64,000 nucleotides of DNA, from NCBI GenBank assembly GCA_963827655.1, contig CAWHCF010000001.1:1-64000 (forward strand). The letters are read 5' to 3'. Made by a program: the position numbers and the translations under genes. Positions 11,136-20,480 of this stretch are shown piece by piece. The stretch comes from an uncultured Acidobacteriota bacterium (lineage in GTDB: Bacteria > Acidobacteriota > UBA6911). A model generated the notes under the pieces. The model saw nothing but the letters and a program-made list of their open reading frames with translations. It was not told where the DNA came from and did no database searches. How positions within the stretch are numbered: position 1 is the stretch's first letter; each line of letters starts with the position of its first letter.

Positions 11136-11900
11136 CTAAGGCTTCCTGCTGGCCGTCCAGGTCCCTTCCGCGAATTCGGCCAGTTTTACCGTTCCCTTCA
11201 TGCTGTCTTTTCCCTCCACCTTGCCTGTGTATGTAACTTCGAGTTGCTGACCCTGCGCGTCGACCTTGAAGGAGAACCGAATATCGCTCCCTTCGAGGGT
11301 GCCTTTGAGGTCAGCCTTCCCCAATTGACCCTCATAGGTCCCGCTCAAGTTTTTGCCATCCTGTTTGAACATCATGGTCGGAGTACCCGAACCTGCCGCG
11401 GTCTCCACGCTGAAGTTCCAGGCGCCGCTGATGTCGAGAGCGCCGGCGGCGGACGCGGCGCTCGTCGCCTGAGGCTGCGAGGAACTGCTTCCGGTCGCAG
11501 TCTCCTGGTGGCGCACCGCGTTCCAGGCCCCTTGCGCGAGACCGCCAAAATCGGCCGTACCCGTCATAGAGTCTTTTGCGACCGTGCCTTTGTAGGCGAT
11601 AAGCATGTCGGCCCCTTGAAACTGGATGGTCAGGGTGAAGGTGAGATCATTCCCCGTGAGCGCGAAGTTATCGACCGGCCGCTCGCCGCGCTGGGACTTG
11701 ACCACTCCAGACAGCTTCTCTCCATCCTTCTTCACTATGAACAGGAATGTGTTCTTGCCCTGAGGCGATTCGAGCGTGAAATCCCAGGTCCCTGCGATGT
11801 CAGGGTTGCCCTGGGCCCGAGCCGAGGGCGACCCCATCGGGCAGAATGCGACGATAAGCGCTAGAACGATGTTCAAATCGAACCATTTCTTGAAATTCAT
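11136..11900 (-). CDS. secreted protein with two repeated small beta-barrel domains
   Basis: Signal peptide; DIAGTWDF...GTADFG.AQGAWNA repeated as DISGAWNF...GTVKL..AEGTWTA; GGAGG RBS. Confidence 0.75.
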   Translation of the reverse strand: MNFKKWFDLNIVLALIVAFCPMGSPSARAQGNPDIAGTWDFTLESPQGKNTFLFIVKKDGEKLSGVVKSQRGERPVDNFALTGNDLTFTLTIQFQGADMLIAYKGTVAKDSMTGTADFGGLAQGAWNAVRHQETATGSSSSQPQATSAASAAGALDISGAWNFSVETAAGSGTPTMMFKQDGKNLSGTYEGQLGKADLKGTLEGSDIRFSFKVDAQGQQLEVTYTGKVEGKDSMKGTVKLAEFAEGTWTASRKP

Positions 11901-12045
11901 GACAAGACCTCCGTATTGGTAATCGCCGCTAATAGCTCCGATCACAGTTTAGATCATAATCTGGACGATTCTGCCTGGAACTTTCGTCTACAATGTTCAT
12001 ACACGGCAACCGAACAGGCCAACAATCTGCGCAAGGAGGATTTAC

Positions 12046-12538
12046 ATGAGAATGTTTGGCAAGAGTCTCTCCGAGTATATCGAGTTTCAGAAGGTGATCC
12101 TGGGGTTGATTATAGTCGTGGGAGTGGTCCGGCTCGCGCTCTCGCTCGCCGGCGTTTCGGTCGGTATAGCCAAGTGGTTCAGTATCACTGGCGCACTCCT
12201 GATCGGAATCGTGTATTACGGAATCCGGGTGCCCACACGAGGTTTTGGAGGCTACAAGCATCTGTTGCCACTCTCGGTAATCCAGAACCTGCTGGCCCAA
12301 GTCATCGTCGATCGCTGCCATCGCGCTGGCTATCTTCACCGGGACCGACAACATTTACAGCATACCGGAATACAGCGGTGGAAGCGACGGCAAGAACTGG
12401 ACGCATGCTGGGGCGCATCTTGTCATCGGTGGCATCGCGCTGTCGCTGTTTGGGTGGCTCATCAGCGCCGTCATAATGTTCGTCACGAAGCGGGTGGCGC
12501 CCGGGACCAAGGGCCGCGCCGCCGTCGCCGGCGCGTGA
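12046..12538 (+). CDS. hypothetical membrane protein (frameshift ~12310)
   Basis: Hydrophobic segments in 12046-12310 continue in another frame to TGA 12536-12538; GGAGG RBS. Confidence 0.7.
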
Positions 12539-12601
12539 TGCTCGGTTCGCGACGAGGGCCGAAGAAATGCGGGCCACTCGATGTTACCTTGAAAGGTTAT
12601 C

Positions 12602-14488
12602 GTGAACGGTAAATCGGCCCAGGAGGCGAAGAAAAAACCCCGACTTACCCTGACGAACATTGCGCGCGATCTGCGTGAGCTCGTCTGGCCCCGGCGAGGT
12701 CTGCTGTCGCTCGGACTTCTCCTGATACTCATCAATCGGATCGCAGGGCTGGTTCTTCCCGGCTCGACGAAATATCTGATTGACGAGGTGGTTCAGAAGC
12801 GCAATCTCGATCTGCTCAACCTGATCGCGCTGGCTGTAGGCGCCGCCATCGTGGTCCAGTCGGTGACCTCGTTTGCACTGACGCAGTTACTCAGCAAAAC
12901 GGCGCAGCGGCTGATCGCCGATCTGCGCATCAAGGTTCAACAGCACATGGGCCGGCTTCCGGTGCGCTACTATGACGTCAACAAGACCGGAGCCCTGGTC
13001 TCGCGGATCATGTCGGATGTCGAAGGCGTGCGGAACCTGGTGGGAACGGGGCTGGTGGAGCTGATCGGGGGCTTCCTCACCGCCGCCGTAGCCCTGGTCC
13101 TCCTGCTCAAGATAAACGCCACCCTGACTCTCTGGGCGCTGGGATTCTTGATCACCTTCGGGATACTGGTGGCGATGGCCTTTACCAGGATGCATCCGAT
13201 TTTCCGCGAACGAGGCGCCATCCATGCCGAGGTCTCAGGGCGATTGGCCGAATCGCTGGGAGGCGTCCGCATCGTCAAGGGATTTCACGCTGAGTCCCGG
13301 GAGGCTTCGACATTCGCCGCGGGTGCCCTTCGCCTGTTCGAAAACATCAAGAAAACCCTCACCGCAAACTCATGGTTGCAGATGACGGGGACACTCCTGA
13401 TGGGGACCGTCAGCATCACCGTGATGGTCGTCGGAGCTCGCCTGATTGTTTCCGGAACCATGACGATCGGCGACTTCATCGCCTTCACCCTGTATCTCGG
13501 TCTGCTGGTCGCGCCGGTCTTCCAGATAGTTGGGATCGGGAGCCAACTGACCGAAGCCTTTGCAGGGCTGGATCGAATGCACGAGGTTCTGGCCGAACAA
13601 CCCGAAGATATCGATCCCCAACGCATACACCGCCTTGATAAGATCGACGGGCACGTGCTCTTTGACGATGTGGCTTTTGCTTACGAACCAGGCCATCCGG
13701 TATTGAAGGGGGTCAGCCTGGAGGCAACGCCCGGCACCGTCACCGCGCTCGTCGGTTCTTCCGGGTCGGGAAAGAGCACACTCATAAGTCTGGTCGCCGC
13801 CTTTGCCAAGCCGACGAGCGGGACGATTTTTGTCGACGGCCTGGATCTGGCGACGGTACGGCTCGACGCTTATCGATCACAGTTGGGAATTGTGCTTCAG
13901 GAAAGTTTCCTGTTCGACGGCACGATTCGCGACAACATTCTCTTTGGACGGCCAGGGGCGCCCGAAGAACAGGTCCTCCGGGCTGCGGGGATTGCCCGAG
14001 TCGACGAATTCGCTCTGGCGATGGAAAAGGGTTATGACACGATCATCGGCGAGCGAGGAGTTAAACTTTCCGGCGGCCAGCGCCAGCGCGTCGCGATTGC
14101 ACGGGCGATCCTCGCCGATCCGCGCATCCTGATTCTCGACGAGGCCACTTCCAGCCTGGATACGGAAAGCGAAGCTCTGATCCAGCAGGGTCTCTCGGCT
14201 CTCATGAAGGGGCGAACCACGTTTGCGATTGCGCACCGCTTGAGTACGATACGCAACGCGGACCAGATCCTGGTACTGGAGGAAGGAAGTATTATCGAGC
14301 GGGGCACACACGAGCAACTCATGGCCAGCGAGGGGCGCTACTTCGATTTGTACACTCGCCAGGCCGGCATAGAAGCCAACCGCTTCATCAACCCGGGCGA
14401 AACCGAGCCCGAGCCTGCAGTAAAGATCGCGCCCGCTCCTCAAGCCGAGATCGATCCACTGCGTATTCTTCGCACCAAGCCCGGCTAA
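12602..14488 (+). CDS. ABC exporter, fused permease/ATPase (MsbA/MdlA-like)
   Basis: TM region, GSSGSGKST, LSGGQRQR, ILILDEATS, IAHRLST. Confidence 0.95.
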   Translation: MNGKSAQEAKKKPRLTLTNIARDLRELVWPRRGLLSLGLLLILINRIAGLVLPGSTKYLIDEVVQKRNLDLLNLIALAVGAAIVVQSVTSFALTQLLSKTAQRLIADLRIKVQQHMGRLPVRYYDVNKTGALVSRIMSDVEGVRNLVGTGLVELIGGFLTAAVALVLLLKINATLTLWALGFLITFGILVAMAFTRMHPIFRERGAIHAEVSGRLAESLGGVRIVKGFHAESREASTFAAGALRLFENIKKTLTANSWLQMTGTLLMGTVSITVMVVGARLIVSGTMTIGDFIAFTLYLGLLVAPVFQIVGIGSQLTEAFAGLDRMHEVLAEQPEDIDPQRIHRLDKIDGHVLFDDVAFAYEPGHPVLKGVSLEATPGTVTALVGSSGSGKSTLISLVAAFAKPTSGTIFVDGLDLATVRLDAYRSQLGIVLQESFLFDGTIRDNILFGRPGAPEEQVLRAAGIARVDEFALAMEKGYDTIIGERGVKLSGGQRQRVAIARAILADPRILILDEATSSLDTESEALIQQGLSALMKGRTTFAIAHRLSTIRNADQILVLEEGSIIERGTHEQLMASEGRYFDLYTRQAGIEANRFINPGETEPEPAVKIAPAPQAEIDPLRILRTKPG

Positions 14489-14493
14489 AAAAC

Positions 14494-14597
14494 CCACCAC
14501 TAAGACGCGAAGTTAGCAATTTCTTCTTTTTCCACAAGATTCTTGGTGCTTCTTCGCGTCTTTGCGTCTTAGAGGTATTTGTTCCTCAGCGCTAACC
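14494..14597. repeat. dispersed repeat family copy; left flank of the DUF433/DUF5615 cassette
   Basis: CCACCACTAAGACGCGAAG...GATTCTTGGTGCTTCTTCGCGTCTTTGCGTCTTAGAGGTATTTGTTCCTCAGCGCTAACC. Confidence 0.85.
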
Positions 14598-14635
14598 CTT
14601 GGCCAGACGAAATGCTTGTAGTATCTTTCAATCCT

Positions 14636-14869
14636 ATGAACTTCATCGACATCCCATCAAGTCTCCGGGACCACTTCGAGCAGACTCCGGAAGTGCTCGG
14701 AGGAAAGCTTCGTATTCACGGCTGTCGAGTTTCCGTCGAACAGGTTCTCGAACTGCTGGAAGCCGGTGTAGCGCCTTCCGACATTGTTCGATCCTTCCCC
14801 TCCCTCGATCTTCCTGCCGTGAGTGCCGTGGAGCGTCTAGCAGCTCATTGCGCCCTCACGATGCTATAA
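14636..14869 (+). CDS. DUF433-family antitoxin (VapB45-like)
   Basis: TPEVLGGKLRIHGCRVSVEQVLELLEAG...FPSL. Confidence 0.85.
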   Translation: MNFIDIPSSLRDHFEQTPEVLGGKLRIHGCRVSVEQVLELLEAGVAPSDIVRSFPSLDLPAVSAVERLAAHCALTML

Positions 14870-14877
14870 GAATGTGA

Positions 14878-15190
14878 ATGCGTTATTCTGTTGGACGAGA
14901 ACGTACCCGTTGACGTTCTACCAGTGTTACGCGAAGCGGGTCATGAAGCTGAGTCCGTCAATTTTATTGGTTGGAAGGGCCTTGAGAACGGAGTTCTGAT
15001 CACTCAGGCCCAACAGAAGTTTGACTTGCTGCTGACTCGCGATCAGGACTTCGATGAAGAATATCTGACTCGATGCGTTTATGTTCGTTTCGGGATCATT
15101 TTACTAGCAATTTCCCAACAGCCAGGACCTAGTTACGCAGCCGTTTTCACAAGACTCTGGCCCGGCCGAGGCGAGCTCGCTTGTCGGTAG
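14878..15190 (+). CDS. DUF5615 / PIN-like toxin (VapC45-like); frameshift near the start, end uncertain
   Basis: MR(I)LLDENVP, GWKGLENGVLI, FDLLLTRDQDF; directly after the DUF433 gene. Confidence 0.8.
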
Positions 15191-15284
15191 AGTCACCCGG
15201 CTGGGTGGCTGAACTAATATTTCGCATCGGGAGAGCATCTAGTTCTGACGGGCTGCAGAATGCGAACTTATTTCTGCGCGAACC

Positions 15285-15366
15285 CTAAGACGCGAAGTTA
15301 GCAATTTCTTCTTTTTTTTTCGACAAGATTCTTAGTTCTTCGTGTCTCTTCGTGCCTTAGTGGTAC
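15285..15366. repeat. dispersed repeat family copy; right flank of the TA cassette
   Basis: CTAAGACGCGAAGTTAGCAATTTCTTCTTTTT is identical to 14500-14531, followed by ACAAGATTCTT and CTTCGTGTCTCTTCGTGCCTTAGTGGTA. Confidence 0.9.
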
Positions 15367-16580
15367 GACTTAACAGGACGCCCGGCGCCCGCCTTGATCC
15401 GGCTGATATTCTCCGGACTCATAAACTCCGGGAGCGGAAACGAGCCCGTAATGGCTGAATAGAACTGGTTCGTCGCTTCCTGGTTGCCGTACAGTGCTCC
15501 AAAGAGCTCCTGCATGGGTGGGGGCGCCGGCTCCAATGTCGCCAACTGACAAGTAAAATCATACAGTGGTTTGACTCGCTGGTCGCGGCTCGCCTGATAC
15601 TCCGCCAGCGCCTCATCGAGCAACCGTCGCTCCGAGAAGCCGGCATCCAAAGCCTCCGTTAAATTTTCTGCGTCGATGAACGCGTCGCTGATCCCTTGCG
15701 CCGTGATCGGATCCTTATCGTACCCGGCGTCGCCGGCGAGCGCCCAGCCGGGGCCATAAGGCTTGCGGAAGTAATTGGCGACACCCGCCGTTCCAAACCA
15801 TTTCTCCTCACGTTTTGCGTTTTGCAGCCTGTCCGCGATGCTTGGTATGGACTCGAGCACCTTCCGGACGTTCCCTTCGATGTCCGCGCGTATCTCGTTG
15901 AATCTGCTGCTCGGCCAAACAGACGCGATGAGCGTGAGACCGTCGTGTGTCGCGAAACAACCAGCGGCCTGATAGTCGCGGACATATTGCTCGATGTCTT
16001 CGGCTCCGAACCCGCTGTAGTAACTGTAGTAGTAAATGGCGATGGGTGGAATCGTGTCGTATTCCGGAGCTGAGACAGCTTTCGCCACAAAAGAATGCAC
16101 TCCGTCGGCGCCGATGACGATTCTAGCCCGTTCCTCCACACTCGCACCATTCCGGCTGCATCCCTTGATCCCGACCACACGATCCCCGGCCCAGACCAGG
16201 TCCCCGACAGTGAACTCTTCCCGCAGTTCGGCTCCACACTCGACAGCGGCATCGACCAGTAGCTTGTCCAGCACCGTACGGCGTGGGCAAAACCCACCGC
16301 GCCCGTTGTTCGTGTCGGTCACGCCGCCCATGAGGGCGAACGGGCCAACATCAAAGGTCATATTCAGCGCGATTGGCGGGCAGCCGGTCGCGGCGAGTCT
16401 ATCAAACAATCCCCAGCGGTCCATGATTTCGGCGCCGTGTGGCCAGATGATGTGCGTGGAAATAGTGTCGCTCGGAAAGCTGGCCTTATCCACCAGCAAC
16501 ACTCGGTAGCCCCTCCGGGCAAGGAGCATCGCTGTCGGAGAGCCGGCGCAGCGTGCGCCGACGATGATCGCGTCGTACAT
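15357..16580 (-). CDS. NAD(P)/FAD-dependent oxidoreductase (geranylgeranyl reductase/flavin monooxygenase-like)
   Basis: YDAIIVGARCAGS, VIGADG, GWALAGDAGYDKDPITAQGISDA. Confidence 0.9.
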   Translation of the reverse strand: MYDAIIVGARCAGSPTAMLLARRGYRVLLVDKASFPSDTISTHIIWPHGAEIMDRWGLFDRLAATGCPPIALNMTFDVGPFALMGGVTDTNNGRGGFCPRRTVLDKLLVDAAVECGAELREEFTVGDLVWAGDRVVGIKGCSRNGASVEERARIVIGADGVHSFVAKAVSAPEYDTIPPIAIYYYSYYSGFGAEDIEQYVRDYQAAGCFATHDGLTLIASVWPSSRFNEIRADIEGNVRKVLESIPSIADRLQNAKREEKWFGTAGVANYFRKPYGPGWALAGDAGYDKDPITAQGISDAFIDAENLTEALDAGFSERRLLDEALAEYQASRDQRVKPLYDFTCQLATLEPAPPPMQELFGALYGNQEATNQFYSAITGSFPLPEFMSPENISRIKAGAGRPVKSYH

Positions 16581-16609
16581 AGTCTTCCCCCCTCAGCTAA
16601 GATCGTTCG

Positions 16610-16692
16610 CATTTCTTTGTGTCTTTGAGTCTCAGTGGTTGGTTTTGTCGTGCCGCCCTAGCCACGAAGACCCAAAGAAAGACCAAGAATTT
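16610..16692. repeat. dispersed repeat family copy (palindromic)
   Basis: TTTCTTTGTGTCTTTGAGTCTCAGTGGTT...CCACGAAGACCCAAAGAAAGACCAAGAAT. Confidence 0.8.
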
Positions 16693-16694
16693 TG

Positions 16695-18020
16695 TCAGAT
16701 CTTGGGCGGTTTGCCAATGCAGAGGAGATGCGTGTCGGTGCGGAAGTACCAGCGCCCGTCGACCAGGGCCGGCGAGGCCAGCGTTCGAGCATTCAGACGA
16801 TTAACGTGCAGGAGTTTGTACTCCGGACCCGCCTGAAGCACAAAAGTTTCACCCGCGTCGTTGGTGAAGAAAATCTTTCCGTCGACTGCGACGGGCGAAG
16901 CCGAAAAGCCTTCCCGCTGCGCCTCACCCAGGCGCCCCTGCCACAGCAGGTTGCCGGTTCTGGCTTCGTAGCACGTGGCAATACTTACCATGTCGTTAAC
17001 GACGTAAAGGTAATCGCCGTAGAGCAGCGGGGAGGGTATGAAAGGGGAGCCCTTGTGAGCGCTCCAGGCCACGCGCGTGGCTGTAACATCCCCGGATCCG
17101 CCCGGCCTGATCGCAAGGGTAGGACCGGCACGCCCGGAGGAGCAGTAGATCAAGCCATGTCCCACAGCGGGTGTGGGGGTGACTTCAAATAAGTTGCCGT
17201 CGCAACGCCAGAGCTCGCCGCCGGTTTGCGGATCATAGGCATAGACCCGCTTCTGGCTCGAGACGATAATCTCGTCGCGTTCGCCGGCGCGGATGGCCAC
17301 TGGCGAGCCCCATCCGACCTGCTCCTCGCGTCCCTTCCACCACAGGGTTTCTCCGGTGCGTTTATCAAAGGCGGCAACGAACGAAAAGGCGGGGCGCCGC
17401 TGATCCTGGTAGATGACGACTCGATCTTGATAAAGGAGCGGCGAGCAAGCGGTTCCGTGATAGGCATTGAGTTCGCCCAGGCTGCGGTGCCAGACCTGCT
17501 TCCCCTGGAAATCCACGCACAACAAGCCGTGATTGCCGAGGTAGGCGTAGATGCGCTCGCCGTCCGTACTGGGGGTGCTCGAGGCAAAGCCATTCTTGCG
17601 ATTGGCGCGCTCCGGTACTGCATCCGGAGCAAATGTCTCCCAGAGCAGCTTCCCATCCGATCGCCGCAAGCAAAGAATCGAACGGCGGCTTCCCCCTTCA
17701 TATGCGGTCGTCAGAAAAATGCGATCCTGCCAGATTACTGGCGACGAGTTCCCCTGGCCCGGCGTTTCTATTTTCCAAAGAACGTTTTCCTGATCCGACC
17801 AGAGATCAGGATAGCCCGCATCTTCCACCACGCCCTGGCCTGAAGGACCGCGCCAGCGTGGCCAGTACTTCGCCGCCTCTCCTGAAGGCACCAGCATTGC
17901 AACCGAAGATACGCCATCGCGGTCCAAAGAGCCGGCTCCGCGTGGCTGAACCGTCAGGACAACTCCATACAGGATGGACAAGCAAATTGTGATGTGGCGA
18001 ATGGCGCGATGAGGCTTCAT
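16695..18020 (-). CDS. PQQ-binding-like beta-propeller protein
   Basis: WPRWRGPSGQG, GNSSPVIW, GKLLW and GELW repeats, ASPALVDG. Confidence 0.9.
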   Translation of the reverse strand: MKPHRAIRHITICLSILYGVVLTVQPRGAGSLDRDGVSSVAMLVPSGEAAKYWPRWRGPSGQGVVEDAGYPDLWSDQENVLWKIETPGQGNSSPVIWQDRIFLTTAYEGGSRRSILCLRRSDGKLLWETFAPDAVPERANRKNGFASSTPSTDGERIYAYLGNHGLLCVDFQGKQVWHRSLGELNAYHGTACSPLLYQDRVVIYQDQRRPAFSFVAAFDKRTGETLWWKGREEQVGWGSPVAIRAGERDEIIVSSQKRVYAYDPQTGGELWRCDGNLFEVTPTPAVGHGLIYCSSGRAGPTLAIRPGGSGDVTATRVAWSAHKGSPFIPSPLLYGDYLYVVNDMVSIATCYEARTGNLLWQGRLGEAQREGFSASPVAVDGKIFFTNDAGETFVLQAGPEYKLLHVNRLNARTLASPALVDGRWYFRTDTHLLCIGKPPKI

Positions 18021-18246
18021 GGAACTCCCACTTGCTTCGAGACGGATGATATCAGATTTCAGCGCTTCTTCGTGCCATCATTGGATCTGGCTTCAGATGG
18101 CGGAGCCTCTGCGACTGGCAAATTTTCCCGGGCCGGTTGTCGCCCACTGTGAAGACGCAAAGACCCGAAAAAGCGCGAGCGGTGTTCTTCGAGGTGAGAG
18201 AGCAGTTTGGAGCGGGTCCTTCGATGTTATCCAGTATAATGCATCC

Positions 18247-19689
18247 ATGATTTCGAGAATCTCGCTGAAGAATTTCAAATTGCAGGCACTCGTCGGTCTG
18301 GTTCTGCTGCTGGCAATCGGAGCGATAACCTCTGCCAATCCTTCGCAATCTGACCCGAATAGCCGTTCTCGCGAGGAGCTGATCAAGAATGCCCTCGCGT
18401 CCGTAGGTCGGGTGCAGGGTGAGATCGCCAAGCTGCGCGCCCTTCCTTTCCTGGGCAATATCGCCGCCGAGTACCAGACCCAGGAGGAATTCAGGAAATT
18501 CGTTCAGTCGGAGATTCGCGTCGACTTGCCGCGCGAAAAGGGAGACGCGCTTGGCAGAGCCGCTCACCACATCGGTCTACTCAAAGAAAGAATTGATCTG
18601 GTCTCCACGCTGGAAGATGCCCAGGTTAGCCAGGCTGGCGCCTATTACGATCCTCAAACCAAAAAGTTTTACATCGTGATGGTTCCGAAGTCGCCGATGC
18701 TTCTCGACACCATAAGCGCGCACGAACTCACCCATGCGCTGCAGGACCAGCACTTCGACCTCACTGCATACATAGGCGGGCGCGGGAACACACAGGGCCT
18801 CTCGGAGGATGAGCTCCAGGCCCGCCGGTTTATCGTCGAGGGTGAAGCTACCCTGACGATGATGGCCTATCAGACCCAAGTCTCAACCAAATTCAATATC
18901 CTCGATCCAAACGTCGCGACGCAGACTCGGATGGCGCTCGCCCAGGCGGCAGGATTCAAGATTTCCCAGCTCACCGAGATGCAGAAGCAGCAATCCAACG
19001 TGTTCTCCGATATCGGGGACGACATAAAGAAGGCGATGGAAGCAATCGACAAGATACCTCCGTACATTCTTATCCCGCTGTTCGAAGCCTATTTCAAGGG
19101 GGCCGTGCCTGTCTTCGAGACCTACGCCAAAGGGGGCTGGCCGGCTGTGACTGAACTCTACAAGACCCCTCCCGAGTCGACCGAGCAGGTGCTTCACCCG
19201 GTCGAGAAACTGGTCGGCGCCCGTGACTACCCGGTCGGCCTGACTCTACCCTCTCCGGGCAAGGCTCTGGATGGATGGAAGGAGATCTACTCCGATATGA
19301 TCGGCGAGCTTATCTGGCGCGTCTACTTTTCTCTCTGGAACCAGGCCAATCCCGATGCCGTCGCTTCGGGATGGGACGGCGACAGGTATGCCGTTTATGC
19401 GTCCGGCGATAAGACACTGGCCTTGATCTCGACGATTTGGGACACGCCGGAAGATGCGACTCGATTCGCCAATGCGTATGTAGCCACTCTGGGAGTCCGG
19501 TTTCCCGGCGCGTCACCGGTCGCGGGCGAGGGATGGAAAGGCGTGAGCCGGCCCGAGGGTACGGTTGTGGTTCTCGAGCAGCAGCAGAATCGCGTGAACA
19601 TCGTCGATGGTTGCGCGAAGGACCTCGCGCCTTCCCTGCTGTCGGAACTGCACAAGACCAGGTTACGGCGGCACCCTCAGGACAAGTAA
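18247..19689 (+). CDS. secreted zinc-metallopeptidase-like protein (HExxH)
   Basis: Signal peptide; GAYYDP, AHELTHALQDQHFDL, VEGEAT, PPESTEQVLHP, GWDGDRY. Confidence 0.8.
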   Translation: MISRISLKNFKLQALVGLVLLLAIGAITSANPSQSDPNSRSREELIKNALASVGRVQGEIAKLRALPFLGNIAAEYQTQEEFRKFVQSEIRVDLPREKGDALGRAAHHIGLLKERIDLVSTLEDAQVSQAGAYYDPQTKKFYIVMVPKSPMLLDTISAHELTHALQDQHFDLTAYIGGRGNTQGLSEDELQARRFIVEGEATLTMMAYQTQVSTKFNILDPNVATQTRMALAQAAGFKISQLTEMQKQQSNVFSDIGDDIKKAMEAIDKIPPYILIPLFEAYFKGAVPVFETYAKGGWPAVTELYKTPPESTEQVLHPVEKLVGARDYPVGLTLPSPGKALDGWKEIYSDMIGELIWRVYFSLWNQANPDAVASGWDGDRYAVYASGDKTLALISTIWDTPEDATRFANAYVATLGVRFPGASPVAGEGWKGVSRPEGTVVVLEQQQNRVNIVDGCAKDLAPSLLSELHKTRLRRHPQDK

Positions 19690-19694
19690 TTCAT

Positions 19695-19774
19695 ATTGAC
19701 GATTTACGATTGACGATTACATTTAACTGTTAACTCCATCCTGTTTTTCAATCGTCAATCGTCAAATCGTCAAT
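19695..19774. repeat. heptamer-unit inverted repeat (TTGACGA)n...(TCGTCAA)n between convergent genes; probable bidirectional terminator
   Basis: ATTGACGATTTACGATTGACGATT (19695-19718) vs AATCGTCAATCGTCAAATCGTCAAT (19750-19774). Confidence 0.85.
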
Positions 19775-19775
19775 T

Positions 19776-20414
19776 CTAATTGAGGCGGTCGATCTCGAGT
19801 TCCACGCGCCGACGGTTCTTCACAAGAAGACTGGTCACCTCCTCGAAGATCACCTTCCAGCCCGAGATGGAGGGCCACAGGCGCCCGGCGGTCTTTCGGT
19901 AGCGGTAGTAAAGTTCGCCGTAGGCCGGTATGAGCTCGAAGCGCTCCTCGAAAAAAGTATAAGCGACCCAGAAACCCAACCAGATCGGCAAACACCAGAG
20001 GAAGGGCCTCGAGAGTGTAGCCAGTCCTGCTCCCGCCGCAACCAGGCAAAGCGCGAGAGCCTGGGGATGGCGGACAAATCTATAGATTCCTTCGGTGTGG
20101 AGCGAGAGTGTGTAGCGCGCGCGCGATCGGAGCCGGCCGACGCTGGCGGCGGAGTAGAAGTAGAGAAATCCGCCCAGGCCCGCCACGACTAATCCCGCGA
20201 TGCGCAGCGGAGGAATATCGTAATGAGGGCCGGCCAGGCTGAGAAGAGCCCACCCAACACCGGTCAGTGTCATGCCGATAGCACCCAGTATCCAGCCTCC
20301 AAGCCAGACTGCTCCGGCGCCATTGTGTCTCAGCCGGTAGTTCGCCACCGTGTAAAGAGTCATGACTGCGGCTCCGCCGACGGCGCATCCGAAGCCCATC
20401 CATGCCAGATTCAT
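19776..20414 (-). CDS. isoprenylcysteine carboxyl methyltransferase / PEMT family membrane protein
   Basis: LHTEGIYRFVRHPQ, FEERFEL...YGELYYRYRK. Confidence 0.85.
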   Translation of the reverse strand: MNLAWMGFGCAVGGAAVMTLYTVANYRLRHNGAGAVWLGGWILGAIGMTLTGVGWALLSLAGPHYDIPPLRIAGLVVAGLGGFLYFYSAASVGRLRSRARYTLSLHTEGIYRFVRHPQALALCLVAAGAGLATLSRPFLWCLPIWLGFWVAYTFFEERFELIPAYGELYYRYRKTAGRLWPSISGWKVIFEEVTSLLVKNRRRVELEIDRLN

Positions 20415-20480
20415 GGTTCTCCTACACCGTTGTTTAGTTTCTGCCGCAAAACCCCAAACGTATGATTCGAAATTCGAATG

